Below the pieces are notes generated by a model, which was not told the origin of the DNA, made no database searches, and worked only from the letters and a program-made list of their open reading frames with translations. From assembly GCA_043228905.1 (NCBI GenBank), contig JBHGNT010000012.1, positions 18,414,001-18,478,000 on the forward strand: 64,000 nt of DNA, read 5' to 3'. This document shows, one piece after another, positions 1 through 12,449 of the stretch. The translations under genes and the position numbers were made by a program. Positions within the stretch are counted from its first letter, which is position 1. The number at the start of each line of letters is the position of its first letter. The DNA comes from Azolla caroliniana (Eukaryota; Plantae; Polypodiophyta).

Positions 1-281
1 GATAAATAGAATTATTAGGAGGGACGGATCCGGTAGTTGTAACCGATCCGGATCCGAAGACCAACAAATATTGTGCTTCTAGATTATTATATCCCTTATT
101 TCATGGATTTATTATTCGTTTCCCTTATATTTGTACTTCTTAGATTATTACATGAATGATAACCTCTTACGTGACTGTTCATGAATGTTTTTGCCTTTGT
201 CATTTTTATCCTTTCTCCACTCATTTCACATTCAATTATACTATTTATAAAAAATGTGCTTTTTTAATAATTCCTTGGCAG

Positions 282-3200
282 GTGCACTATACTATTTCAG
301 ATGAAATATCAAAGGATGATCCCTCATCACTGAGGGGATCTCCTTGGGAGCTGCGGCTTGCTACCAAAATTCTACGAGAAAGGTCACTTCAGTCTTAGTA
401 AATGCCTCATATTTAATTCCGCATAATTATGAAATATTCTAAAGTAAATATGCCTATGTAACATAGGGCAAAAGCAGCTGATTCAACTTGGTATCAATTG
501 ATCAGAATTCTGCCAAATTCGTTAAGATTGCCACTGTTTTTCTCAGAATCAGTGAGTAGATACGCATCATGTTTTTTAGAATCCACCTCATGTTTGGAAT
601 GGCAATGGCTTTCATTCCTGAAGAGTATCATGTTAAGTATTATTGAATAACATCTTTCATTATCTATAGGAGCTCAAAAATTCTGAAGATGATTCTTTAA
701 TAAGTGAGGTACGGGCATTAAGAATCTTTGCAGAAAGGTCATTCAATGTGCTCTATCAGGACGAGACAGCTGGGGCTGATTTTAATAATTTTGGTAAGAT
801 TCTTAGCTATCATAAAGTTTTAGTTTGGGTTTGATGATGCCATACAAGAAAGAGAACGTCTAATTAGTAACCACAAATGTGTTAAATTGTAGTGTGTGTG
901 GTAATGGGTACATGTTAGGAGCTTTATGTAACCCGGAGTTGTGTCTTTGAACTTTGAATACAGACAAGAATAAGTCTGTGTGTGTCTACAGAGTCTATCT
1001 GTCACACACACACACTCAGTAGATGGGTTCTTGTGAGCATTAGGCTAAGTCATCTGATTCTACATAGACACTGCAGCAGATTTGCTCCCCATCATCTCTG
1101 CTGAAGCTCGATACATGACCTTTGAAGCTGAATACAGAAACTATCTGAGCCTTGACGTGCACCATGAAGTTGTGGATTCACCTTGTGGATTCATCTAGAG
1201 CATTGGGCTCGGCCATTGGTCTTGAGCAAATATTAGCCTTGACATTTACTCTCGAGGATTGAACTTGGACGTTTGAATCAAAGACCTGACTCGAGTATTT
1301 GTGATTGTTCTGCTCACTGAACAATTCTTTAGGCACTCAACACATACCTGGGATGGCATTGGCATCAGAATTTATGACTATGTGTCAAACGAGTATGATG
1401 GATTGAACCTCAATTTCTTGAAGGAGCAGATGTAGGACTATCTCATCATGAAAGGACAGATAGATCCAATTGAAAAAGAATTTGCACCTGTCGAGTATGA
1501 ATCTACAGAATGGTCAAAACTTGATTGGCTAGTTATTTGAATGCATTGAATCATCTTACTTCATAGTACACTCATGTATGACAACTCACAACCTGTGACA
1601 GACACTATCAGACACCGATGAAATGAAAGCTGCTTCCACAAAGATGATACAATGGGTGCAAATTCCCAATGAAATCATCATCTCAGAGTTGTACTATTAC
1701 AATGGATACTTTAAAAGCTTTTTTTCTTTATGCATGGTATGTTGCTTTTGTGGTAAGACTGAACGTTATGACTTGCAGCGTGGGCATTGGCTTTGGTGTA
1801 TGCTTTCGCATGCAGAGCAGAGTATCCACAACATAAAGGGAAACTGAATACCAAAAATTCTCATTTGTTAATACCCTTTCTTGGCTCTCCTACAGATCCC
1901 TCATCCATAGGAGGTTCGTATGTACTTTGAAAAACTCATTTTGCAGAATTGTTTTCAGATTGTGTTCTTTCTAATTGATTAAATATTTAATCAGCTTCTA
2001 TTGAGGTTGATGGAGAGAGATTGAAGCTGGTTATGGGGAGAAAAGCCGTTCAAGGCAGTCCTTTACACTGTAATATTGAAACAAAAACATCAGGAACTTC
2101 TTTTCTGTTTCATGGTAACCCTTGTTCACAATCATGGTGAAACCAATTTCTTTAATTCGGATTATCATTTTTAATTTGTTTTTGAAGTGTTATAGTATAT
2201 CAGGCTTTGTTCCTGCTACTATTCTTCCGCATGATGATGTAAAAGTATTCAAAAATCTGGAGGTATGCGCTAATTTTAGAGTGTTTCTAATATTGTTTCC
2301 TTGAACTGAATTTCATTCTATTTTGATATTCTTGTTATCTCAAAGAATGTTTTTAACAGCACATATCTGATATAGTTTGTGGGATATGCTACCATGATTC
2401 ACAAATGTCCTCCATTTTTAGGATTCAAATCTTAGTATTAAATGATATTGAATCAGAAAGTTAATCTATCCCAAAGATTACAGATGTTCACAAATTACAC
2501 AAAATGAGAAGTATGGACACAGTAAGGATATAATTATGTTAAGCAGAAAGCAATACTAGATATGCACTCTCTCACATCTCATACAGTAGTACATGGCTTC
2601 AACTATTGTAATTGTAGTGCACAAATGGTTAGAGCCATCCACTATGTCTCTTACTAAGAAGATAATTTTCTGTTCTTTATGTTGCATATTCTCTTCTCTG
2701 CTTACTATCACCCACTCCCCTTCGTCTTTATCAGTCTTCACAGGTATAGCCATACTGATAGTACTATATGTTGACGACCTCTGGATAAAACTACAATTAC
2801 GGTGTTTGATACCACTCAAGCTTGTGCACTGAGATCAAAACCGGAATTCTTCTTGCATGAGGAAGAGCTGGCATACATTTGATCGTACATATACATGGGA
2901 TAAATATACTCCAGGCATAGGTTCTCTCTATAGGACAATCATGATGGACTCAGCATACCATTGTGCCAATCCTCAAGAGTGGAGACCCCATGATGCCAAG
3001 CAACTATAGGACAATCATGATTGGCCATTATTTGACTAAACTATATGGGTCGATTCTAGAATCAAAATTGAGTATATGTGCAGAGCGGAATGGTTGCCGT
3101 TCAGTTGGATAGGCAGGCTTTCGGAAGGGGTTCACAACTTGGATGACATATTGACCCTCCGGACCCTTATAGAGGAGGGCAGAGCCCATAATAAGAGGAT

Positions 3201-6200
3201 TTATTGCTGCTTTGTGTATTTCTGAAAAGCCTTTCGACACTGTGCCACGTGCTCGGCTTATGTAGCGGCTAGAAGCCCTTGGTGTTCCTACAGATATGCA
3301 ATGGGGAATCTTTGCTCTTTATGAATCTGTGTCAGGAAAAGTACGGTCTTCCAATGGTTTGTCAGAGACGATGGCTAGCACAATCGGAGTGAAGCAAGGA
3401 TGCCCACTATCACCCACTCTCTTCGGTCTCTATATAGGTGAGGTATCACATTGCAAAGAGAGATTCGGGGGTTCGGGAACACGCCTAGCAGTTATAGCTA
3501 TACAAACATTACTATATGCTGATGATATTGTGATGATTTCTGACTCTCCGGAGGAACTACAAAGACATCTAAATGCCTTAAAACTATTTTGTACGGAAAA
3601 AGGTTTGTCAATCAACATGGAACTAAAATGATGGTGTTTAACACCAATCAAGCGTGGGTAACAAGATCAGAACCAGAATTCTTCTTGGGAGAGGAAAAGG
3701 TGGAATACACATGCTCCTACACATACTTAGGAGTAACATTTATGTGGCATAGGTTCTCCTTACGGGAGGCTGCTTGTGCCCGACTTTCTCGTGGATATGC
3801 AACCCTTGGTGCTCTCGAGAGACAATGTGCACATTTGCAGTTCCAAGATGGCCCACTATAAGACACACTTCTTACACACATCGGAGGATGGATTCATCAT
3901 CAGGCCACCTTATATGGACATACATCTATCCTATGCATTGCGCAGTGTGAAGGGCAGTTTTGAAGTTCATCACATCAGTTACAGATTGAGGTAGGCAGAT
4001 ATACACGAATACCTCTAGAAGAAAGAATTTGCCAATTGTGTCATCAAGGAGTGGAATCCGAAGAACACTATATTTGTCACTATAGTGTCTTTTATGAAAT
4101 CAGCGGGAGATATCATTGCCTCTTTAAAAAAGGCTTTGGCCTGCTACGCAAGGTAATGGAATATGAGGACCGATAGTGCCTAGGACTTTTCTTGCTAGAG
4201 CTCAAGAGACATCGGGAAAAGTTGTTGAAGAATACAGCCACACAAGCTCATCCACAAAGAACAATCACTACTTTCTTTAATCCTATCACTCCTACTAATG
4301 CTACAAGCCAATCAAGGGATACACTAATGGGCTCCCGACCAGGATATACACAAAAGTTGTCGTGCACGTAGGCCCTGGCCCCATGGACCACAACCTCAAA
4401 ACCCTTGTCATCGACAAATAAAAGCCATTATCTCCCACCATCGCAGATGCTTCCCCCGCTTTGGAGGCCTTTCCATTCTGGACTGACCTATGCTAGAGAT
4501 CTTTTGAAGACAAAAGTTACAATATATCTAACTTGAGAATCTCACATGTGCCGAAAACCAGTTTCCCTCATCTCTTTTTATCTTCTTTACTTTTATATTA
4601 CGGAGTAATATTTATTTTATTTTGATTTGTTGTTCTCAAAGATGAGACACCACTTAAGATGTAATCTCTTGTTTGGTCTTATATGCCATTTTAGCCTCTT
4701 AAAAGACGTTAATATATCTTTCTTTCTATGGAAGGCTGCATGTGCTCACATTTATCATGGATAAGCAGCCCTTGATGCCCTTGACAAGACCACCTGCACA
4801 TATGCAGGTCTAAGAATCGCAAACTAAATTGTGGTTGTTTGATACTCTTGTGGCACTGACTCTTTTGCATGAAGTAGAAATTTGGGGCTTGGGCCTTCAA
4901 AGGGCCCATACTTGGACAAATTTGTAGATATCTTTAGACTCAATGATTACCCACATGATAAGGTGCAAAGTGTTTGGGCCACATGATATAATGACAGGCA
5001 ATATTTTGATCAAGATTAGTATCTAATGAATTTAGGAGCTCCCAAAGCAAAGCTACTCAAGACTGCACTTATGTCATCGAAACAGCTGGCTGAACATGGA
5101 GATAATTATTGTTGGTATGCTGAAAGGCTTTCGTGTGATAGTGCAGCTGAAGACCTCTTCATACAAGTTAGAAGAATGTAAAAAGATATATTAACGTCTT
5201 TTAAGAGGCCAAAATGGCCTATAAGACTAAACATGAGATTACATCTTAAGTGTTGTCTCGTCTTTGAGAACAAGAGATCAAAATAAAATAGATATTACTC
5301 AGTAAATACAAAAGTACATAAGATAAAAAGAGACGAGGGAATCTGGTCTTCGGCACATGTCTATTGAAGAGAGGCAAATATGCATACAGGTCTATTGAAG
5401 GATGGATCTACCAAATTTGCCTTACTTATAGAGGGAAGGAGGCAAATGTGCATACAAGTCTATTGAAGAACAGATCTACCAATTGTGCCTTATGAAAGTG
5501 GGGGGATTGGAGGAGGATCATGTTTTCGATTGTCCATTTTTATGAAATAAGAGGAGGATATTGCTGCCTCTTTAGACAAGGCTTTGGCATACTACGCAAA
5601 GTAATGAAATATGGAGATCAATGGGTCTTAGGACAGTTTCTTTCTAGAACTCAAAATGCATAGGAAGAAGTTGTTGAAGGACAACAATACAACCACAACT
5701 GCTGATCAACAAAGAACAATAACAGCTTCCTTTACCTCCATCACTCCTCATGCCACAAGTGAATCAAAGGCTAGAAAAGTAGGGCCTTGACCACAACGCT
5801 CAAAAGAGGCTACAATAGATTGGGAATAATAGTTTGTTGTGCACATGCATCTAGATGATGACCCTGTCATGCTTATTATTGAAAATAAAGGTCATTCTCA
5901 CTAGAATCCAAAGGTGGTTCCCTTGCTTCAGAGGTCTCTTTATCTTGCTGAATCATTCCATCTTGGAGATATTTTGAAGGTAGGAGTTTCTGTCCATCTA
6001 TGCTTATTAGAGACATGAACTAATGTAAGCATAAAATAAGGATAAAAGATAGATCTAGATAGAAAGGAGAGAGAGAAAGAAGGGTGCTGATCCACCAGAC
6101 CACCCCCGAGCGAAGGGATCGAGACGAACTCGAGCCTCGATCGGCGTCCCATACCACCGCCGTGGCGTTGAGTCGTACCTGGTGCTGGCGCGCTCGCTAC

Positions 6201-9200
6201 AAGAGTTGACCCACCACAAGACAGAGTCTCGACATAGTCAACCAGATGATCAAATGAGGGTAGTTAGGCCTCTTATTTATAGCGATACCCAAGGCCCCCA
6301 GGCAAGTTCACACTTGGCCTAATGGGTTGTCTCAATCCCGAGGATTAAAAGTAATCCTCCCCTTCTTTACACTCTCGTTTAACCCTCACACTTATCTACG
6401 TGTATAGAATACTACGGTAAATTCTCACCACGGGATATTATATGGTCATGCCCGTAACAATGCTCAAGATTTTAAGTGCTTAGCTAACGAGATTCTCTGA
6501 CAACCTAGGTAGTTATACTAACTTAGTCTTTCTTATTTTGGTTTTTTGCTTCTCAAAGATATTACAATATTTTAAGATGTAATCTCTCATTTAATATCAT
6601 AAACCATTTTGTCTTCATGCAGAGATTAGTATATCTTTTTGCTCTCTTTCTGTCGTGTGTAAAATATGAAACAAAAATTGATAACAAATACTAGAATGAT
6701 AAAATGTACATTAGGATGATTAAATCTAATATTTCCAAGAGTTTGTATTGTCAACCACATAAAGCTTGATTCAGCTTGAATTGGCCAAATTTCCTTTTGC
6801 AGTCAAGGCTGATATGGTTCTAGGCCATGTCACGTCGAAGGATGGCATTATCATTAACCAGCAAAATACAGGGTTTAGTGGAAGTCTGTACCCTAATGTA
6901 GTGAAATTTAGTCATTTTCATGGCAAAGTTCAATGCCAGAGTACCCTATGTTTGGAACTTGGAGACGGACCTGACATTTCTGCGTCTTATGATTTGGGTC
7001 ACTTGGGCCATCACCTAGTTGGCAATTACTGCCCCCTGTGTTTGTGCGTGACATTACCTTGCTGATTCTGAGTGTAACATTGTCTTGATCACTGATGACT
7101 GCTGCCACTTAGAAGAATAGGTTTTCATAACGTTATATAAATTTGCAATCTAAATTCATTGGACTCCTTTGGAATACATCTACTTTTCAAAGAGGAACTG
7201 AAATTCCTAGACATGGCTCAGGTGCACTTGTTCTGGATGGACCTTGCATTATCCTCTATTTCTGTTTGCAATATGATACTGGGTTAACTTTTCTAAAATA
7301 TTTACTCCAGCTCCATCTCTGACTGCAGGATGTTGTGGACTGGTATTATCCAACCTATGGAGAACATATGCGGCTCAGTAAAGATTCGTTGATGAAGTCA
7401 ATCAGATCTGCATTAAGAATGCTTGATGAGCATTTAAATCAGAACACTCTTGTCGATCGAGTTGCTTCTGTAGCAGGGAGAGAGTATTCTGTGGGGATTG
7501 ATCAATATATTGGTGCACATATGATATGTGCCTTGTATTTTCTCTTCCATTTTGATATTGGGCAGCATAAGACACAAGGTTTAGTTGATGATATGACTGG
7601 TACAGGCCTGGAATCCATATACAACAGTTTCATGATTGGCAATCAAAGCATGATTTTTGGTGGAATAGATGTTTCTGTCTGCAGAGGTAGAACTCCACAT
7701 GCCATTGATAATGATGACATGAAAATACGAATGCTCGTTTCTATGGCCTTGAAGAAACGCCTCTGTGATATCTTGCATAGTTCAGCTACAGAACTGGAAG
7801 AGGATGAAGTGCTTTTAATGGCAAGTTTGTCGGAAGGTTTTACTGAAGAATGTGGAAGCCATCTATGTGAGACATGCCAGTGGCAAACTGAGGAATTGAG
7901 TCTTAATGATTATCTGGGAGTTCAATTACGTGTTAAAAGAAAGAAGATTCTTCATGAGGTTCTACTTGCATTACCATTTATTAATAACGTGGATGAGTGT
8001 GGATGTGCTGAGTCAGCCAAGAATCTAGATATCCTTGATGTGCCTCATACAGATAGCAGTGAAGAGGTACATATAATGAAAAGGTTCATCTTGAATTTTG
8101 AGTGAGAAGCCTTTTCATTACCCAGCTAACATTTGTTTGAATTTCCATGTTCTAGTTTCTGAATTGGTGCAGAATACAAGGTGCACAAATATCAGATAAA
8201 TTGGCAGTTGTACACTTCACCGAGGTTTCAAATCTGACTGATTCTAGAAGTGCTGTACGGGGAGTGCAGGCTGTTGAAGACATTGAACAAGGGGAGACAA
8301 TCTGTATTTTGCCGGTATGTAAACTTGTTGCTTTGTTATAAAATCAATGCTGTTTAAAACCTCTAGATTGGCTTCTGCAAAGAGATTGAATACAATTCTG
8401 AAGCGTATTCTTACTTGCCCAAGATTCATCTCTAATTGAGTTATTTCCTATATTTCTTTAAGCTAATATTGATATTGAAGGTTGGGTTGGCTAATTACGT
8501 TTTATATTAAGGATTAATGGTGTATTAAACTATTGATCTTTGTTATGAGTGGAGTTCTGAATATCGTTTTTGGAGTCTTGATGAGAAACCATCAAAGAAG
8601 AGAGAACAGATTATTTCCTTAAGTGTCCTGCAAAACGAGAAATTAAAGAGCATCCGCCAGTTTACATGAAGTATAGCCAAGCTTAGGTGCTGGTTGCAAG
8701 ATATCATTGTCCATAGAGCCCAAACTCCAACCTGTGTTAAAAGGCAGCCAGTGGGGCAAATAGCCCTACGGATATGGCCCAAATATGAAATGGGAAGGTT
8801 TGATACAAATAGAGTGGTTGCTGTATATCATGGTTTGAAGGGCCCAAACCAAACTCATGTGAAAAGGTGGTGGAAAGGAAAGAGATATTTGAAACTACAT
8901 GAGAATCCTTGATACCAATGGAGTAATGGAACTGGGGCAAACCAAATACTGTTGATACAAAAAAACACAACTTCAGAAACAAAAAAGCAGGGTTAGAAAA
9001 GTAATAGTGGTGCACTGTTTACATTTTGATTGATTTTATAACTGTGCTTGTGTGCTGTGTTGTTGTAGTTGAAAATGGGCCTCTTTAAGAAGGATTCATC
9101 CCGTCTTGGTGGTGCTGACAGTTGGCACTTGGCTGCAGCAAACCTCCTTCATGAAAAGTAAATTTCATGTTAAGTGTTAATACAAGATAGCATGCATCAT

Positions 9201-11803
9201 GATTTTATAGGTTGTAATAGTAGATTGTCACATATGAGTATTTGCAGGGCGATTGGAACCAAGTCAAAATGGGCAAACTACATATCAGTTCTTCCCAAAG
9301 AAATACAGACACCTATATACCTGGCACCAAATGTGTGTATATGTAATTCTATAGACAGTCAGTTTGTTTGTTTTCATTGTTTGACAGATTGAGATATTTG
9401 AGCCACTCTAATTTTCTTACAGGAATTGAAAGAGGTCCAATGGTGGCCACTGCTACGTGAACTCATTCAAGTGCGACGAGCCATGAAGTTGAGCTTTAGT
9501 CAGCTCAAGGGGAAAGAACTAGGGGATGCAAGTTTTGAGGAATATAGTAGGGCCATTCTGGTTTAGTACATGATTTCTTTTGCACATGAATATTGTATTC
9601 AGAAAGCATACCATCTTTCAAACCATGTGCAGGATGGGCAGCTACCATGGTTCATAGTCGAGCATTCACTCTACCTGTGGAGGATGATGATGAGTATGCT
9701 CCATATGTGTTAATGCCATTTATGGACATGATAAATCACCATTATGGATATCAGGTGAGTCTCAGGCTACATGACATATAATCAGATATTTAAATAGAGT
9801 AAAACAATACCCATAACATGTGGGGTAATTACCAGATTAACTCTAATGTTTGAGATATTAAGAGAATACGCTGTTGTGGTTATAAATTCTGTACATAGGC
9901 GTATTGTACTAACTTTCAAAAATATAGGCGTCATTCTCTGAAATGTCTAAAATATTAGTGATATCTTGGTATTTATCCCAAATTTTGTCAATTTATTTAT
10001 ATACTCATAAATCAAAGCATTAACTCTGGTTTTTTTAATGACTTATATTGTAGGCTGACTGGATGTCTGTACCTGTAAGCGAAGGAAAACTTGAGATAGT
10101 TGCAAAAAAACGTGTTAATCGGGGACAGCAACTTTTTGCGTCTTTTGGTCCACGTTCAAATGATAATCTTTTCCTTTATTATGGTAATATTTCTGAACAG
10201 ACTATGCATGAGGAAAATTTATTCTCATGAATATAAAATCAAAACCAGATAATTTGTTATGTTTTCCTAACTTTTACTAGAGGATGCATGAGCTTGTGGG
10301 ACAAACCTTGCATTACATTGTGATTGATCCCGGACTCAGGAAGCTATGTTTTGCGTAGTGAGGAAGCAATGAAATTGTTCTATAGGAAGAAGAAGCTTTC
10401 AGAAGTTATGAAAAGTTATGTAACTGTTGAGTAGAACCAAGAACTGGAAACTTTGAGGAAACAGTGAAACATCCCTCTCAAGTGTCCTTCTAGCTGTTGG
10501 AGTTTTGTAGGTCTGATTACCAGAGGAAAATAAGAATAAATGGCAGATACACATGCATTCGTGTTGATAAATGTATTAGGTCGAAATTGAAAAGGTCTGG
10601 CACTAAGTATTTCCAATTTCAAAGTACAATGATTTATTTTAAACAAAAGATAATGGAGAGAAATATTGCAGCTAGGTTAGTTGGATATGTCTGTCTCAAG
10701 TATGCTTTAGCTTTATTGTTCATGCAGCAATGGGAAGCCAACTATTCATTAGAGAATTGTAAATAGTATTTAATGTTACATGTATTGTTGGGAAGTATCT
10801 CATTGGCTGTTTTCCAATTTCCAAATTATTCATAGTTTTTGGCTAGTCATGGGGAGGAGTCTTTTCGATGCTTTTGTCATAAGAATGGAAATTTAATTTA
10901 TAGGCCAAAAAGTATACATTGCTATATCCCTTTGAATCACACAATAATACTTTGTTTTGAATTTTAAACTTTTGAAGGATTTGTTCTGGAAAACAATCCG
11001 TTCGACACAGCAGAAATATTTGCATCATTTCAGGTCTTTATCTTGATTTATTGTTTGATAATAAAGAGAATGGTAGCTTCAGACTGACAATCCTCTTTAT
11101 GCAGAATGCAGTTCACTGGTTCACAGCCCTATGGCAAGCAAAATGTGGCATCCTCTCTACGCTAAAAGAAAAGGAACAATGCAAATTGAAACAAAATGAG
11201 CTTAAATGGGTGATATCCCAACAAGCAATAGAAGATTACTCTGCCGGTGTGACAGAACAGAGACCAGAGTGGTGGACTCTTGTGAATATGTGGGCTGATT
11301 ATGGCTATGAATATATGCAATTTCAGCCAAGTCCATCCATTTATGTGGGTGGTATAGTAGATCCAACCCTTCTTGTTGCATTAGAGGCAGTTGCAAAATC
11401 TCTAGTACCCGAGACCATTGATGCATTTGGAGAATGTAAAGGTGGATCTTGTGATTTTAGTAACATCACAGAATCCTATCTGGGTGATTTCTTTGCGTGT
11501 ATTCACGACACTCAATGGGTTGGTTCTAGATGGTCTCTACATTCGTCACTTTGTTCTAACCTCGTGTCTCGAGCATTCTCATCCATTGAGGATCGGTTAT
11601 TGTATGCCAAGTATATGGTCAAGGTTGGTCTGTCTCTTCGTTGTGTTGAAATATTGAACTCAATGCCAACGACACTTGAAGAGGATGGACTGCTTCTCAA
11701 AACGTCTACTGATGCAAGCATGCATGTACAATTGGCTCGACAATATAGATACATAAAGAAGTTATTCATTAAACAATTTATTGGAGTATCTGAAAACTTA
11801 TAA
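282..11803 (+). CDS. Tandem double SET-domain protein, Rubisco LSMT/SETD3/SETD6-like (SET + substrate-binding domain, twice); 5' end lies outside the window
   Basis: Exons joined in frame via GT..AG: 282-382, 467-551, 670-793, 1779-1913, 1995-2114, 2204-2262, 7329-8066, 8156-8314, 9069-9157, 9248-9332, 9423-9546, 9633-9754, 10054-10183, 10978-11033, 11105-11803 (TAA). Module 2 motifs: FLNWC..G..IS.KL, RGVQAVEDI..GE, SKWANYISVLP, WAATMVHSRAF, LMPFMDMINH, FGPRSNDNLFLYYGF..ENNPFD, PTTLEED.LLL. Module 1 has matching but degenerate motifs: WELRLATKILRE, STWYQLIRILP, WALALV, FLFHGF, ATELEEDEVLL. Confidence 0.85.
880..1650 (+). mobile_element. Degenerate Ty1/copia fragment (LTR/PBS/gag start) in a SET-gene intron
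   Basis: PBS-like TTGGCATCAGA near 1359, followed by gag-like EYDGLNLNFLKEQM*DYLIMKGQIDPIE with an in-frame stop. Boundaries are approximate. Confidence 0.5.
2990..4721 (+). mobile_element. 5'-truncated, frameshifted non-LTR retrotransposon (RTE-like LINE): RT plus 3' end
   Basis: RT motifs QAGFR, GVKQGCPLSPTLFGLYI, LLYADDIV and YTYLGV; C-terminal ERICQLC...ESEEHYICH. Multiple stops and frameshifts. Confidence 0.85.
5182..5360 (-). mobile_element. Antisense copy of the same LINE 3' end
   Basis: Reverse complement of 4544-4721, e.g. AAAAGATATATTAACGTCTTTTAAGAGG versus CCTCTTAAAAGACGTTAATATATCTT. Confidence 0.8.
5400..6640 (+). mobile_element. Second, more decayed 3' fragment of the same LINE family, split by a solo LTR
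   Basis: 5520-5760 parallels 4060-4300 (TTTTATGAAAT..GGAGGATATTGCTGCCTCTTTAG..AAGGCTTTGGC). The 3' tail resumes at about 6490-6640 (TTAAGATGTAATCTCT). Confidence 0.7.
6005..6459. mobile_element. Solo LTR (455 bp) with 5-bp TSD
   Basis: Ends are TATTAG (decayed TG) and TAACA, flanked by ATGCT at 6000-6004 and 6460-6464. The interior is GC-richer than the flanks and has a minus-strand TATAAATA near 6274-6281. Confidence 0.7.
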
Positions 11804-11819
11804 ATATCAATGACGAGAA

Positions 11820-11935
11820 AGGTGAACGCCAAAATATTGTTGTGTATAATAAAGCCCAAAGGTTGCACGTGCATAACAAGGCCCAAAATTTGCATGTGTA
11901 TAACAAATCCCAAATTTTGCATGAGGAACAAAGCC
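11820..11935. repeat. Short tandem repeat (about 27 bp x 4) just downstream of the SET gene stop
   Basis: Recurring A(A/G)GCCCAAAA.TTTGCATGTGTATAAC-like units. Confidence 0.6.
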
Positions 11936-12449
11936 TATGCTTGGTTTTCTGCTAACAAGAAAAGTGTGCAAGGATACTGAAGTGGAGTAATATTTTAGCT
12001 CCCTGTCATGTGATGGGATAATCCATGTTTTGTAAGTTGAGAGGTTGTGGTCAGTAGTTTAGATCATGATTTATTCATATCTCTTTGAAATGCTCAAAGT
12101 TGATACTCGTTAACTACTTGATGTGTAATACAAGTTTGTTTTTAGGCTTGACATTGCCTATACAACACACTAAATAAATTGAAATGAGACATGCATTGTA
12201 TTCTTAGACAAATAAGTTCCGTTCCTACATAGTAGTAGATCAAGAACTCGGTTCTTTGTAAAACTTGATGTGGATGGTAGGAAGTCCTCATAGAAGATGT
12301 GACTTTGAATGCATGTATTCTTGAAGGGGGTATTTACATGCATTAGAGAGATCCAACAAATCTTATAACAAACCCCTATGGAGCAATCAAAGTCTCTATC
12401 TAGTTAAACCCACAAGACAGTAAAATTTGGAAGGGGGAGAATAATTTGG

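Noticed and set aside
20-82. GGATCCGG...CCGGATCC palindrome followed by CTAG, resembling a Helitron 3' end
   Set aside because: It is at the window edge, the spacing is atypical, and no matching 5' end is visible.
7335-8105. ORF as a stand-alone 256-aa gene or terminal exon
   Set aside because: It has an acceptor at 7328 and an in-frame donor at 8067, so it is better explained as an internal exon of the double-SET gene.
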